NCBI GenBank assembly: GCA_024875585.1
Contig: GCA_024875585.1_4107.1
Reading direction: 5' to 3' (one strand)
Length of the DNA: 64,000 nucleotides
DNA from: a phage
Made by a program: the position numbers and the translations under genes. Of this stretch, positions 34,205 through 41,468 are shown piece by piece. Below the pieces are notes generated by a model that was given only the letters and a program-made list of their open reading frames with translations, had not been told where the DNA came from and made no database searches. Within the stretch, counting starts at the first letter, position 1; every line of letters begins with the position of its first letter.

Positions 34205-34414
34205 ATGCTTACTGTACAGGATAAGATCGACATCTTAAAGGTTAATATGTATGTGATTGATGCAGATCCTGAAAAAGTATTTGCATACGATGATTCTAAT
34301 CGTAGTCCTTTTTATTGTAGTCATGTAGTTGGATATGTGCCGTTATCGTATGTTATCGAAAGAGTGGTTGATTCAGCATACAAACATTTTTTAGAAAATA
34401 GTACTTGCAATTAG
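34205..34414 (+). CDS. hypothetical protein (69 aa)
   Basis: in-train ORF; its 3' end overlaps the next promoter. Confidence 0.65.
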   Translation: MLTVQDKIDILKVNMYVIDADPEKVFAYDDSNRSPFYCSHVVGYVPLSYVIERVVDSAYKHFLENSTCN

Positions 34415-34464
34415 TTTTTAGTACTGTATAATGTTTTACATGAAGGGGGGAAATGATTCTCCCC
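34405..34464 (+). promoter_or_regulatory. early-type promoter + leader hairpin
   Basis: TTGCAA(34405-10)-16nt-TATAAT(34427-32); gggggaaa-tga-ttctcccc 34445-64. Confidence 0.6.
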
Positions 34465-34482
34465 AATAACAGGAGAAACAAA

Positions 34483-34635
34483 ATGAAACAATACAACGCT
34501 CGGTTTGATGTTACTATCGGCAACGGCAAAGGTCAATTCTCTTTCAGTACTCGTAAGAGTTATACAGAAAACTTCTTGCGTAATTGTGCACTGACCGCCG
34601 CACAAATTAAACATTATTTTCAGGCTAAAAAATGA
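34483..34635 (+). CDS. hypothetical small protein (50 aa)
   Basis: ATG 34483 after caggag. Confidence 0.6.
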   Translation: MKQYNARFDVTIGNGKGQFSFSTRKSYTENFLRNCALTAAQIKHYFQAKK

Positions 34636-34721
34636 AATCATTAGCTTATTATAGCTCGGCCCTGGTCGGTGCATTGATCGCGGCATTGTTAGTAGCTTAT
34701 CTATTCTTTATGGTGATTTAA
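34632..34721 (+). CDS. 29-aa hydrophobic single-TM peptide (below cutoff)
   Basis: ATGA overlap; MKSLAYYSSALVGALIAALLVAYLFFMVI. Confidence 0.45.
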   Translation: MKSLAYYSSALVGALIAALLVAYLFFMVI

Positions 34722-34859
34722 ATGAATCCTAACGGTATAATTTACAGTACTCCTAAAACGAAAGCAGATAAAGCGGAAGCACGTAAAGCGAAAGTAAAGG
34801 AGTACATCAAGCAAGGTATGACACGAAAGGCGGCGATTCTAAAAGCTAAAAATAAATGA
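34722..34859 (+). CDS. 45-aa basic peptide (below cutoff)
   Basis: ATG directly abuts previous stop; MNPNGIIYSTPKTKADKAEARKAKVKEYIKQGMTRKAAILKAKNK. Confidence 0.45.
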   Translation: MNPNGIIYSTPKTKADKAEARKAKVKEYIKQGMTRKAAILKAKNK

Positions 34860-34866
34860 AAAAAAG

Positions 34867-34898
34867 TGGTTGACTTCGGTCAGCCATTTTGCTATTAT
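34867..34898 (+). promoter_or_regulatory. bifunctional terminator hairpin / promoter
   Basis: tggttgac-ttcg-gtcagcca+tttt; TTGACT(34870-75)-17nt-TATTAT(34893-98). Confidence 0.6.
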
Positions 34899-34904
34899 AT
34901 ATTC

Positions 34905-34960
34905 ATTGAGAGATAGCTCACTAGCCCACAGGGTGCGGGAGTGTATCTATTATATAAGTA
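34905..34960 (+). ncRNA. candidate short transcript with CCCAC-N-GGGTGCGGGAGTGTATC core
   Basis: attcattgagagatagctcactagCCCACAGGGTGCGGGAGTGTATCtattatataag; core 34925-36; no ORF. Confidence 0.35.
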
Positions 34961-35002
34961 TTGAGTACTGAAAACTATTTTAAAAGTACATGTAGAAAGT
35001 AC

Positions 35003-35061
35003 TTGTAAACTATGTTTAAAGGCGTATAATGTTTTACATCGAGAGCGGGAAACGGTTTCCC
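35003..35061 (+). promoter_or_regulatory. early-type promoter + leader hairpin
   Basis: TTGTAA(35003-08)-16nt-TATAAT(35025-30); gggaaa-cgg-tttccc 35047-61. Confidence 0.6.
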
Positions 35062-35082
35062 CTAGTAATAAGGAATAAAATC

Positions 35083-35424
35083 ATGACTATTGCAATTGTA
35101 CAATCTAACTTTGAAAACGAAATCATCGCCCAAGCACTGCGTTTAAATGATGGTCGGGCCGAAATTAATTACGGTTTCAATTCAGGCGGTTGTGAAAAAT
35201 ATCAGTACTTTATAACTGCTGATGGCGGTGTCCTGGGTATTAATACAGTTATTGTAAACATTCAGAAAATTAATTTCAATGATCCAGACGATAGCCAGTT
35301 TTACATTGTAGGCGTAGACGTGAACTATGAGGATGACTCACTAACTGATGATTACACTGGCGAGAAGTTAGAAAGTGCATACGGTGAAGATGATTATCAG
35401 TCAGTACCGGAAGATTTTGAATAA
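35083..35424 (+). CDS. hypothetical acidic protein (113 aa)
   Basis: ATG 35083 after taagga. Confidence 0.8.
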   Translation: MTIAIVQSNFENEIIAQALRLNDGRAEINYGFNSGGCEKYQYFITADGGVLGINTVIVNIQKINFNDPDDSQFYIVGVDVNYEDDSLTDDYTGEKLESAYGEDDYQSVPEDFE

Positions 35425-35438
35425 TATTAAAAAATAGT

Positions 35439-35528
35439 TTGACAATAGATTATAGTACTGTATAATAGTTTACATCAAGGGCGACGGGAAGTTTTAAAAA
35501 CTTCCCTATAGGGAGAATAGTTCTCCCC
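35439..35528 (+). promoter_or_regulatory. sigma70-type promoter + tandem leader hairpins
   Basis: TTGACA(35439-44)-16nt-TATAAT(35461-66); hairpin A 35486-506, hairpin B gggagaa-tag-ttctcccc 35511-28. Confidence 0.65.
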
Positions 35529-35548
35529 ACTAACAGAGAGAAAACAAA

Positions 35549-35761
35549 ATGGCTAATATCTGCACTGTACTGAAAAATGCAAAACAAGTTTTATTTTCTG
35601 ATCACGATCATTTAAACAAGGATATTACTGGCGTTCGGAATATCAAAGATGTAAAACGTGTTATGGGTATCTATTGCAATATGAAACGTGTCGGCACGTT
35701 CGGTAATAAATTTCTATACCAGGCGGGGGATTACAATTTTACACTGACTATCATTAACTAA
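35549..35761 (+). CDS. hypothetical small protein (70 aa)
   Basis: SD agagag. Confidence 0.75.
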   Translation: MANICTVLKNAKQVLFSDHDHLNKDITGVRNIKDVKRVMGIYCNMKRVGTFGNKFLYQAGDYNFTLTIIN

Positions 35762-35840
35762 AAATATTATCACAGTACTATTGACATAGATTGATAGTAC
35801 TGGCATAATAGATTTTATTAAAACAACTGAGGAAATTAAA
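35762..35840 (+). repeat. promoter cassette, copy 3 of 4
   Basis: TTGACA 35781-86, CATAAT 35804-09; near-identical to 32806-32885. Confidence 0.7.
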
Positions 35841-36020
35841 ATGGCTATCATCGCAAAAACTGAAATCATCGGCCTGGATTCTATCATCATGACGTTTGAA
35901 GATCAAAAAGGTATGTATGTAGTTTCCTATGGTGATTATGTTCGGGAGTATGAAACGGTAGACGAAGCCTTTGAAAGTTACATTCGCCAGGTGAATAAAG
36001 CATACGACGATTACCGCTAA
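35841..36020 (+). CDS. hypothetical small protein (59 aa; below cutoff), paralog of 32886..33098
   Basis: MAIIAKTEIIGLDSII... Confidence 0.65.
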   Translation: MAIIAKTEIIGLDSIIMTFEDQKGMYVVSYGDYVREYETVDEAFESYIRQVNKAYDDYR

Positions 36021-36030
36021 AATATATTAC

Positions 36031-36075
36031 CAGTACTATCAAAGCTATTGACAACGTTTGATAGTACTGTATAAT
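36031..36075 (+). promoter_or_regulatory. promoter enclosed by 13-bp inverted repeat
   Basis: CAGTACTATCAAA(36031-43)...TTTGATAGTACTG(36057-69); TTGACA 36048-53, TATAAT 36070-75. Confidence 0.6.
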
Positions 36076-36121
36076 AAGTTTTATCAACTGTAGTTAACTT
36101 AACAAAAGAGAGAGAAACAAA

Positions 36122-36265
36122 ATGATCGCACTGGATTCATTCATCGATGCAGTTCTGGCAAAAACTGGCGAGGATCTGACCGCAGAACAATACGCAATGA
36201 TCGAGCAATGCCAGCAAGACGGTAAATCGGTGAAAGATACTGTTAAGATTATCCGCAAGATGTAA
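36122..36265 (+). CDS. hypothetical small protein (47 aa; below cutoff)
   Basis: SD agagagag; MIALDSFIDAVLAKTGEDL... Confidence 0.55.
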   Translation: MIALDSFIDAVLAKTGEDLTAEQYAMIEQCQQDGKSVKDTVKIIRKM

Positions 36266-36272
36266 GATTATA

Positions 36273-36300
36273 AGCCCATTAGTTAACGCTGGTGGGCTTT
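36273..36300 (+). terminator. terminator-like hairpin
   Basis: agcccat-tagttaacgctg-gtgggct + tt. Confidence 0.5.
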
Positions 36301-36371
36301 AATCATTTACCCTATACAATGCCAGTACTAAACCGTTTATCTCGTTAGAATGCATTACAGGACGTTTGACA

Positions 36372-36569
36372 ATGATTAGCATGAAATCAGTACAAAAACA
36401 AATAGAAACATTATCAAAAATTAAACGTAAACAGTACTCATTAGAATATAATATCAATGGTAACTATCATCTAATGAAAGAGAATAATTTTATCGTCATT
36501 GATGAATCATTGCAAATTATTAGTATAGTACTGAAAGCATTAATTAATGATAGAAAAAGGTTAAAATAA
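36372..36569 (+). CDS. hypothetical small protein (about 65 aa)
   Basis: first ATG of the ORF (track start 36366 is TTG); weak SD. Confidence 0.5.
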   Translation: MISMKSVQKQIETLSKIKRKQYSLEYNINGNYHLMKENNFIVIDESLQIISIVLKALINDRKRLK

Positions 36570-36826
36570 TGGCAGTAGGATTCGCGAAAGATGGAGCCGA
36601 GCAAGATGAGATTAACGCAGTTATTCAAGCCGCCGTTAACCACGCTAGAAAGCAAATTAACGCACAAATAGAATCACTGATACATTGCCTCGACTGCGGC
36701 GATAAAATCCCTGAGAATCGCCGACAGGCTGTTAAGGGATGTAAGTACTGCATAACCTGCCAGGAAGATCATGATAGTACTTTTAAAAGAGATCCGCGTA
36801 ATTGTTGGCATAGATCTATGAGATAA
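36569..36826 (+). CDS. TraR/DksA-family C4 zinc-finger protein
   Basis: CLDCGDKIPENRRQAVKGCKYCITCQ matches C-x2-C-G-x2-IP-x2-RR...C-x2-C. Confidence 0.75.
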   Translation: MAVGFAKDGAEQDEINAVIQAAVNHARKQINAQIESLIHCLDCGDKIPENRRQAVKGCKYCITCQEDHDSTFKRDPRNCWHRSMR

Positions 36827-36833
36827 AAAGTAA

Positions 36834-36861
36834 TTGACAGTACTGAAAGATAGTGTATAAT
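36834..36861 (+). promoter_or_regulatory. sigma70-type promoter
   Basis: TTGACA(36834-39)-16nt-TATAAT(36856-61). Confidence 0.6.
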
Positions 36862-36890
36862 GTTTTATATCTTAACTGAGGATAGAAATC

Positions 36891-37247
36891 ATGGGAATAC
36901 AACATATCACGCGGACCACTGACAATGGCGAGATCACTGGTTATCAAGTACAGGGCAAAGTAGCACAATTGCAGTACTGGTTTGTTAAACGTGGAATCAT
37001 TGCACCGGATCTTGATTATGACCGTGTAGCGTTTATTGATTCTCTTTATGTTGATCCTGATAGTCGGGGCAATGGTGAAGGTAACGAATTAATGAATGCC
37101 TTTATTGATGCTGCCGATGATTCAGATTGTATCATTTTAGAATGCGATACGGGAGAAGATAACGCCTTCAATCTTAAAGAATGGTACGAAGGTTTCGGAT
37201 TCGAAGTACTGATCGATAGTGAATATCCTATCATGATTTTATCATAG
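36891..37247 (+). CDS. GNAT-family N-acetyltransferase
   Basis: LYVDPDSRGNGEGNELMNAF (R-G-x-G-x-G motif A) and WYEGFGFE. Confidence 0.6.
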   Translation: MGIQHITRTTDNGEITGYQVQGKVAQLQYWFVKRGIIAPDLDYDRVAFIDSLYVDPDSRGNGEGNELMNAFIDAADDSDCIILECDTGEDNAFNLKEWYEGFGFEVLIDSEYPIMILS

Positions 37248-37261
37248 TACTAAAAAAGTAA

Positions 37262-37318
37262 TTGACAGTACTATCAGATAGTGTATAATGTTTTACATAG
37301 AGGGGAAACATCTTCCCC
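37262..37318 (+). promoter_or_regulatory. sigma70-type promoter + leader hairpin
   Basis: TTGACA(37262-67)-16nt-TATAAT(37284-89); ggggaa-acatc-ttcccc 37302-18. Confidence 0.65.
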
Positions 37319-37336
37319 TACTAAGAGGAAATGAAA

Positions 37337-37525
37337 ATGGAAAAATTATCAAGTATTTTAGTACAAGATGATTTTGGTAATCCTGGAAGTGCTATCATTG
37401 TTCGGGGTAATAAAGCAACGTTTGTTATTGCTGGTGGACCTGTACAGCGTAGCATTAAAAACAATGCTGTTACTATTAATAATGTACGCTATCGCTTAGA
37501 TAAAGAATTGATTCATAAACTTTAA
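37337..37525 (+). CDS. hypothetical small protein (62 aa)
   Basis: ATG 37337 has better SD spacing (aagagga) than 37331. Confidence 0.7.
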   Translation: MEKLSSILVQDDFGNPGSAIIVRGNKATFVIAGGPVQRSIKNNAVTINNVRYRLDKELIHKL

Positions 37526-37532
37526 AAAGTAC

Positions 37533-37622
37533 TTGCAATTAGTTTTTAGTACTGTATAATAGTTTACATGAAAGGCAACGGGAAGTTTAAAAACTTCCCT
37601 AAAGGGGGAAATGATTCTCCCC
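37533..37622 (+). promoter_or_regulatory. early-type promoter + tandem leader hairpins
   Basis: TTGCAA(37533-38)-16nt-TATAAT(37555-60); hairpin A 37580-99; hairpin B 37604-22. Confidence 0.65.
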
Positions 37623-37640
37623 ACTAAGAGGAAAGAAAAA

Positions 37641-37853
37641 ATGCAAGGTCAACTAATCGTTCGTAAATGGTCTGATACTAATGAAAAACCGTGGGATGTA
37701 CAATACATCGGACCGGATGGGGTATCACGTTATCAGCCAGGCGTAACGCATAGTACTGAGCAATATGCCGCCGCTCATCGTGAACGCCTGTTAGAATCTA
37801 TGCAACAGGGTTTAGGTGAAAAATTCATTCAAGATCATTGGCTGAAAGATTAA
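37641..37853 (+). CDS. hypothetical small protein (70 aa)
   Basis: ATG 37641 after aagagga. Confidence 0.75.
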   Translation: MQGQLIVRKWSDTNEKPWDVQYIGPDGVSRYQPGVTHSTEQYAAAHRERLLESMQQGLGEKFIQDHWLKD

Positions 37854-37860
37854 AAAGTAC

Positions 37861-37920
37861 TTGTGTAGTATAGAAAATAAAGTATAATGTTTAATACAGG
37901 AAGGGGAATAGTTCCCCTCC
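37861..37920 (+). promoter_or_regulatory. early-type promoter + leader hairpin
   Basis: TTGTGT(37861-66)-16nt-TATAAT(37883-88); ggaaggggaa-tag-ttcccctcc 37899-920. Confidence 0.6.
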
Positions 37921-37939
37921 TAACAAAAAGGAAAGTAAC

Positions 37940-38113
37940 ATGATTCATGTAGAATTGTCAGTACTGAGAGATTTGTTTTATCGGATGGGTACTACTGGCG
38001 AATATCCGAAGGGTGATACTGCAAAACTTTTTGTATCTCTCGACTTATGGCAACGCGAACAATTAGTAATGTCGTGGCGTAAAGGTAAAGCAGATCGCGA
38101 GGTGAAAGCATGA
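37940..38113 (+). CDS. hypothetical small protein (57 aa; below cutoff)
   Basis: ATG 37940 after aaagga; MIHVELSVLRDLFYRMG... Confidence 0.55.
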   Translation: MIHVELSVLRDLFYRMGTTGEYPKGDTAKLFVSLDLWQREQLVMSWRKGKADREVKA

Positions 38114-38259
38114 AAGAATTTTTATTCGAAGTAGTTTTTATTGGTGTAAGTAGTCACCAATTGATTCGCTCAAGTGGTTATAATGTTTGCCAGGCATGGA
38201 ATAACATTAAACAAATGTACCCGAACGCTATCACATATCGCAACCCAAAACAAGTTTAA
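38110..38259 (+). CDS. hypothetical small protein (49 aa; below cutoff)
   Basis: ATGA overlap with 37940..38113; MKEFLFEVVFIGVSSHQ... Confidence 0.5.
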   Translation: MKEFLFEVVFIGVSSHQLIRSSGYNVCQAWNNIKQMYPNAITYRNPKQV

Positions 38260-38270
38260 AAATAATTAAA

Positions 38271-38307
38271 AAAAGGATTGACTTCGGTCAGTCCTTTTTG
38301 CTATTAT
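38271..38307 (+). promoter_or_regulatory. bifunctional terminator hairpin / promoter
   Basis: aaaaggattgac-ttcg-gtcagtcctttt; TTGACT(38278-83)-18nt-TATTAT(38302-07). Confidence 0.6.
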
Positions 38308-38313
38308 ATATTC

Positions 38314-38370
38314 ATTGAGAGATAGCTCACTGACCCATAGGGTGCGGAAGTGTATCTATTATATGCTGGT
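38314..38370 (+). ncRNA. candidate short transcript with CCCAC-type core
   Basis: attcattgagagatagctcactgaCCCATAGGGTGCGGAAGTGTATCtattatatgc; core 38334-45. Confidence 0.35.
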
Positions 38371-38412
38371 GGGTGTATTATCTAGTACTGAAAACTATTT
38401 GATAAAAAGTAC

Positions 38413-38440
38413 TTGCATTGTACTTAGAATCAAGTATAAT
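38413..38440 (+). promoter_or_regulatory. early-type promoter driving structured leader
   Basis: TTGCAT(38413-18)-16nt-TATAAT(38435-40). Confidence 0.6.
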
Positions 38441-38446
38441 GTTTTA

Positions 38447-38526
38447 CATCAGGACGGGGAACGAAATAAGTAAATCCCTGTTAAGTAGCCCAGGAGTAAG
38501 GCATACGAAAAACTCCCCTGATAAAA
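38447..38526 (+). ncRNA. structured leader / candidate RNA motif (three-way junction), copy 2
   Basis: same P1/P3 as copy 1; P2 acgggga/tccctgt re-pairs with a shifted G-U. Confidence 0.45.
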
Positions 38527-38530
38527 TAGT

Positions 38531-38559
38531 TTGACAATAATTTTAAGTACTGATAAAAT
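38531..38559 (+). promoter_or_regulatory. second promoter after structured leader
   Basis: TTGACA(38531-36)-17nt-TAAAAT(38554-59). Confidence 0.45.
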
Positions 38560-38591
38560 AATCACATCAACTACTGATAAGGAAACATAAA

Positions 38592-38867
38592 ATGCGGGTT
38601 CTTCTGACAGCTAACGAAATCGAGCAAGTACTTACTACTAACCTGGAACAATGGAAACGTGAAGCAGATATCCAGGCGGTTCAATTGTTAAATGAGAAGT
38701 TAACGCCGGATGATTTAAGTAAGATTGTAGATCCTCAATTCTACGAAGATATTCACGACACCGCGTTAAGCGTCGAGGATGTACTAGATAAGCACTACAT
38801 TGATACTAATTTACAGGGTTACGGTCGTAAAAATTTTATTACTATTCACGACATTTACAATAATTAA
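38592..38867 (+). CDS. hypothetical protein (91 aa)
   Basis: SD taagga. Confidence 0.8.
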   Translation: MRVLLTANEIEQVLTTNLEQWKREADIQAVQLLNEKLTPDDLSKIVDPQFYEDIHDTALSVEDVLDKHYIDTNLQGYGRKNFITIHDIYNN

Positions 38868-38870
38868 GTA

Positions 38871-38931
38871 TTGACAAAGTATCTTAGTACTGTATAATAG
38901 TTTACATCAAGTGAGGGGAATGGTTCCCCTC
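38871..38931 (+). promoter_or_regulatory. sigma70-type promoter + leader hairpin (cassette copy 1 of 3)
   Basis: TTGACA(38871-76)-16nt-TATAAT(38893-98); gaggggaa-tgg-ttcccctc 38913-31. Confidence 0.65.
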
Positions 38932-38952
38932 CTAACAAAGAGAGAAATAAAA

Positions 38953-39135
38953 ATGGCTAAGTGCACTATCTGTAAGAAAGAAATCGTATTAGTTCCAAGT
39001 GCCCGTGAGCGTGCCGCTCGGTTCGGTGGCAAAGCGTCAGACTATACAAAAATGTTTACTACTCATGCAAATTGCCAGGTAGCAAAACGTTCACAAGAAA
39101 GCGTAGAATTAATGCGTAAACTTTCCAAAAAATAA
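38953..39135 (+). CDS. hypothetical basic Cys-containing small protein (60 aa)
   Basis: ATG 38953 after agagag; MAKCTICKKEIVL...HANCQVAKR. Confidence 0.7.
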   Translation: MAKCTICKKEIVLVPSARERAARFGGKASDYTKMFTTHANCQVAKRSQESVELMRKLSKK

Positions 39136-39138
39136 GTA

Positions 39139-39200
39139 TTGACAAAGTATCTTAGTACTGTATAATAGTTTACATCAAGTGAGGGGAAACGGTTCCCCTC
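39139..39200 (+). promoter_or_regulatory. sigma70-type promoter + leader hairpin (cassette copy 2 of 3)
   Basis: TTGACA(39139-44)-16nt-TATAAT(39161-66); gaggggaa-acgg-ttcccctc 39181-200. Confidence 0.65.
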
Positions 39201-39221
39201 CTAACAAAGAGAGAAATAAAA

Positions 39222-39545
39222 ATGACTATGATCCTTGCCCAGAAAGTAGAACTGAAAATTGTAACTTCCTTTGACATTAAAGTTAATCGCTGGACTGATC
39301 GGAACGGTAATACTTACCACTCTTGCTACGTGTCTGCATTGATTGGTGATCGTTGGGAAGACTTGGGACACGAAACCTTTACATACGGTTATGGTACGCA
39401 AGGCGAATACACTGGTTTGGAGATCATTAAAGAAACCGTTATAGGTTTCAACCCGAAAGAAAAAGTTATTCACCGCATCGAAAAAGAGATTAACAAAGAA
39501 ATAACAGTTCGCTACTACGATGTAAAACGTAAGAAAGACATGTAA
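39222..39545 (+). CDS. hypothetical protein (107 aa), paralog of 33181..33525
   Basis: see 33181; shared tail DVKRKKD(L/M). Confidence 0.85.
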   Translation: MTMILAQKVELKIVTSFDIKVNRWTDRNGNTYHSCYVSALIGDRWEDLGHETFTYGYGTQGEYTGLEIIKETVIGFNPKEKVIHRIEKEINKEITVRYYDVKRKKDM

Positions 39546-39557
39546 TAGAATCCATTT

Positions 39558-39596
39558 AAAGTACTATTTGACATTACACAGATAGTACTTTATAAT
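39558..39596 (+). promoter_or_regulatory. promoter embedded in 10-bp inverted repeat
   Basis: AAAGTACTAT(39558-67)...ATAGTACTTT(39582-91); TTGACA 39568-73 -17nt- TATAAT 39591-96. Confidence 0.6.
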
Positions 39597-39640
39597 AGAC
39601 TCTAACTTGTAGTACTAACTTAACTAATAGGATGTATACC

Positions 39641-40036
39641 ATGATTACTAAATTCTACGCTACCCGTGAAGCTGCCCGTATTGTTGCACGCGAGGAAGGA
39701 GCGGCATTTAAAGACATGGGCAAAGATGCACCGAAAGGCCAACGCTGGAGCGTACAGTTCAAAGAAATCTCTGATATTGTGAATTCACCTGAACCAGTAC
39801 TGACAGCAGCAGAACAGAAGAAAGCTGATGAACTGGCGGCAATTCTTAACGCTCAAGATGAATTCGTCGAGGGTGCTGATATCCAGGTTGTAGTAAATTC
39901 GAATGCATGGACTCACGCGGATCATCTGGCTAACCTGAAGCGTCCAAGCGTACTGATTCGCAACCAGAAAGAGATCCGTCATGACCGTAAGGGTAATCGT
40001 GTAACAGTATACAGTAAACGCCGCCAGGTTATCTAA
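39641..40036 (+). CDS. hypothetical protein (131 aa), paralog of 27521..27787
   Basis: MITKFYATREAARIVAREEGAAFKDMG...HDRKGNRVTVYSKRR. Confidence 0.8.
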   Translation: MITKFYATREAARIVAREEGAAFKDMGKDAPKGQRWSVQFKEISDIVNSPEPVLTAAEQKKADELAAILNAQDEFVEGADIQVVVNSNAWTHADHLANLKRPSVLIRNQKEIRHDRKGNRVTVYSKRRQVI

Positions 40037-40058
40037 TAACTTGCAGTTCTAACAACAC

Positions 40059-40083
40059 GGCGGGATCTGTTCCCGCCTTTTTT
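40059..40083 (+). terminator. intrinsic terminator
   Basis: ggcggga-tctgt-tcccgcc + tttttt. Confidence 0.7.
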
Positions 40084-40098
40084 ACAGGATAAACTAAA

Positions 40099-40353
40099 AT
40101 GATTAAGGTAAAACTATCTAAAGATAATATCTTGCGGGTACACTATAAAGCCCCTCAGAGAATCATCACAAAGGCCGTACAGCTTGCGAATGAGTTTATT
40201 AATGGTAATCTATTACCTAGGAAGTTAAGCAACGGAAAACTGCGTGTAATCGATGTAGACACTAACAACAGAATAGTAATAGAGAATACCGGAAAGATAA
40301 ACCTATATGAACACCAACAATATAATAAGAAAATAAAACTAATTAGTCGTTGA
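40099..40353 (+). CDS. hypothetical protein (84 aa)
   Basis: SD cagga. Confidence 0.7.
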   Translation: MIKVKLSKDNILRVHYKAPQRIITKAVQLANEFINGNLLPRKLSNGKLRVIDVDTNNRIVIENTGKINLYEHQQYNKKIKLISR

Positions 40354-40378
40354 CAGTACTCAAATGTTTTAGTACTAT
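40350..40378 (+). promoter_or_regulatory. sigma70-type promoter
   Basis: TTGACAGTACTcaaatgttttAGTACTAT; -10 TACTAT 40373-78; duplicated at 40627. Confidence 0.5.
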
Positions 40379-40407
40379 ATATCTATACCAACACGGAGAG
40401 AAACAAA

Positions 40408-40626
40408 ATGAAATTATCTAAAATCGAAAAGAAAACTATTGACGTAGCTATCCAACATGGTTACACATTTCGTAATGATTTACATTTTACCAATTTTCAA
40501 CAAGGGTATCGTACTATTAAAAAACTAATTGACAAAGGTTTATTAGTTAAAGTAGACAACGGCAACGGCGTTGAATATCAACCAACACAGGACGCATTTA
40601 ATTTTAAGAAATATAATATTATCTAA
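40408..40626 (+). CDS. possible winged-helix DNA-binding protein (72 aa)
   Basis: ...YRTIKKLIDKGLLVKVDNGNG... resembles a wHTH recognition helix plus wing; weak. Confidence 0.7.
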   Translation: MKLSKIEKKTIDVAIQHGYTFRNDLHFTNFQQGYRTIKKLIDKGLLVKVDNGNGVEYQPTQDAFNFKKYNII

Positions 40627-40655
40627 TTGACAGTACTCAAATATTTTAGTACTAT
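40627..40655 (+). promoter_or_regulatory. sigma70-type promoter (duplicate of 40350)
   Basis: TTGACA(40627-32)-17nt-TACTAT(40650-55). Confidence 0.5.
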
Positions 40656-40682
40656 ATCTATACCAACACAGGAAAAAACAAA

Positions 40683-41267
40683 ATGCGTAATTATACTAAA
40701 TTCATCCGTACACTGTCAGAAATGGAAACCAACAAAGAGATCTTGACAGCTTGTCGGTTAGCTGGTCTGGAGATCATCGGTGCGGGGTCTTCCCGTATTG
40801 TATTCGCTTTAAATGATCGGTTAGTGATTAAGGTCGCGAATTGTGATGCAGGTGTAGAACAAAATGAAACAGAATGTAAAGTATGGAATTTTTTAGATTA
40901 TGACCGCCCTCAGTTGAAACAGTTCTTTGCTAAAGTACATATGCATTTAAGCGATCCTGATAATATGTTTATTGTTATGGATCGGTTGAGTACTGCAAGT
41001 AAAGGCAGTGTAAAGCACGTTAATGCGTGCAACGAATTAAAGTACAATATTAAACGTAATGCCATTGAACGCCAACACCGCTTTGCTGATGCACTACAAC
41101 ACGTAGATGATACATTATCAACACTAACGATTAGAGATATCAGAAAACAGAATATCGGCCAGGATCGAAATGGACTGATTAAAGTACTTGATTATGGTTT
41201 AACCCGCAATATCTGGAATCAGTACTATAAAAAGCGTGATGTAGCAGCAAGTAAGGTAACACGATAA
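40683..41267 (+). CDS. atypical minimal protein-kinase-fold protein
   Basis: GAGSSRIVFALNDRLVIKVAN (G-loop + VIK Lys), IRDIRKQNIG (D-x-x-x-x-N), KVLDYGL (DFG-like). Confidence 0.65.
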   Translation: MRNYTKFIRTLSEMETNKEILTACRLAGLEIIGAGSSRIVFALNDRLVIKVANCDAGVEQNETECKVWNFLDYDRPQLKQFFAKVHMHLSDPDNMFIVMDRLSTASKGSVKHVNACNELKYNIKRNAIERQHRFADALQHVDDTLSTLTIRDIRKQNIGQDRNGLIKVLDYGLTRNIWNQYYKKRDVAASKVTR

Positions 41268-41280
41268 AAAAGATTAAAAA

Positions 41281-41314
41281 AGGGATTGACTCCGGTCAGT
41301 CCCTTTGCTATTAT
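41281..41314 (+). promoter_or_regulatory. bifunctional terminator hairpin / promoter
   Basis: agggattgac-tccg-gtcagtccct; TTGACT(41286-91)-17nt-TATTAT(41309-14). Confidence 0.6.
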
Positions 41315-41320
41315 ATATTC

Positions 41321-41375
41321 ATTGAGAGATAACTCACTGACCCATAGGGTGCGGGAGTGTATCTATTATATAAGT
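41321..41375 (+). ncRNA. candidate short transcript with CCCAC-type core
   Basis: attcattgagagataactcactgaCCCATAGGGTGCGGGAGTGTATCtattatataag; core 41341-52. Confidence 0.35.
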
Positions 41376-41407
41376 ATTGAGTACTGAAAACTATTTTTAA
41401 AAAGTAC

Positions 41408-41468
41408 TTGCAATGTACTTAGAATCAAGTATAATGTTTTATATCGAGAGGGGGAAATGGTTCTCCCC
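41408..41468 (+). promoter_or_regulatory. early-type promoter + leader hairpin
   Basis: TTGCAA(41408-13)-16nt-TATAAT(41430-35); gggggaaa-tgg-ttctcccc 41450-68. Confidence 0.6.
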
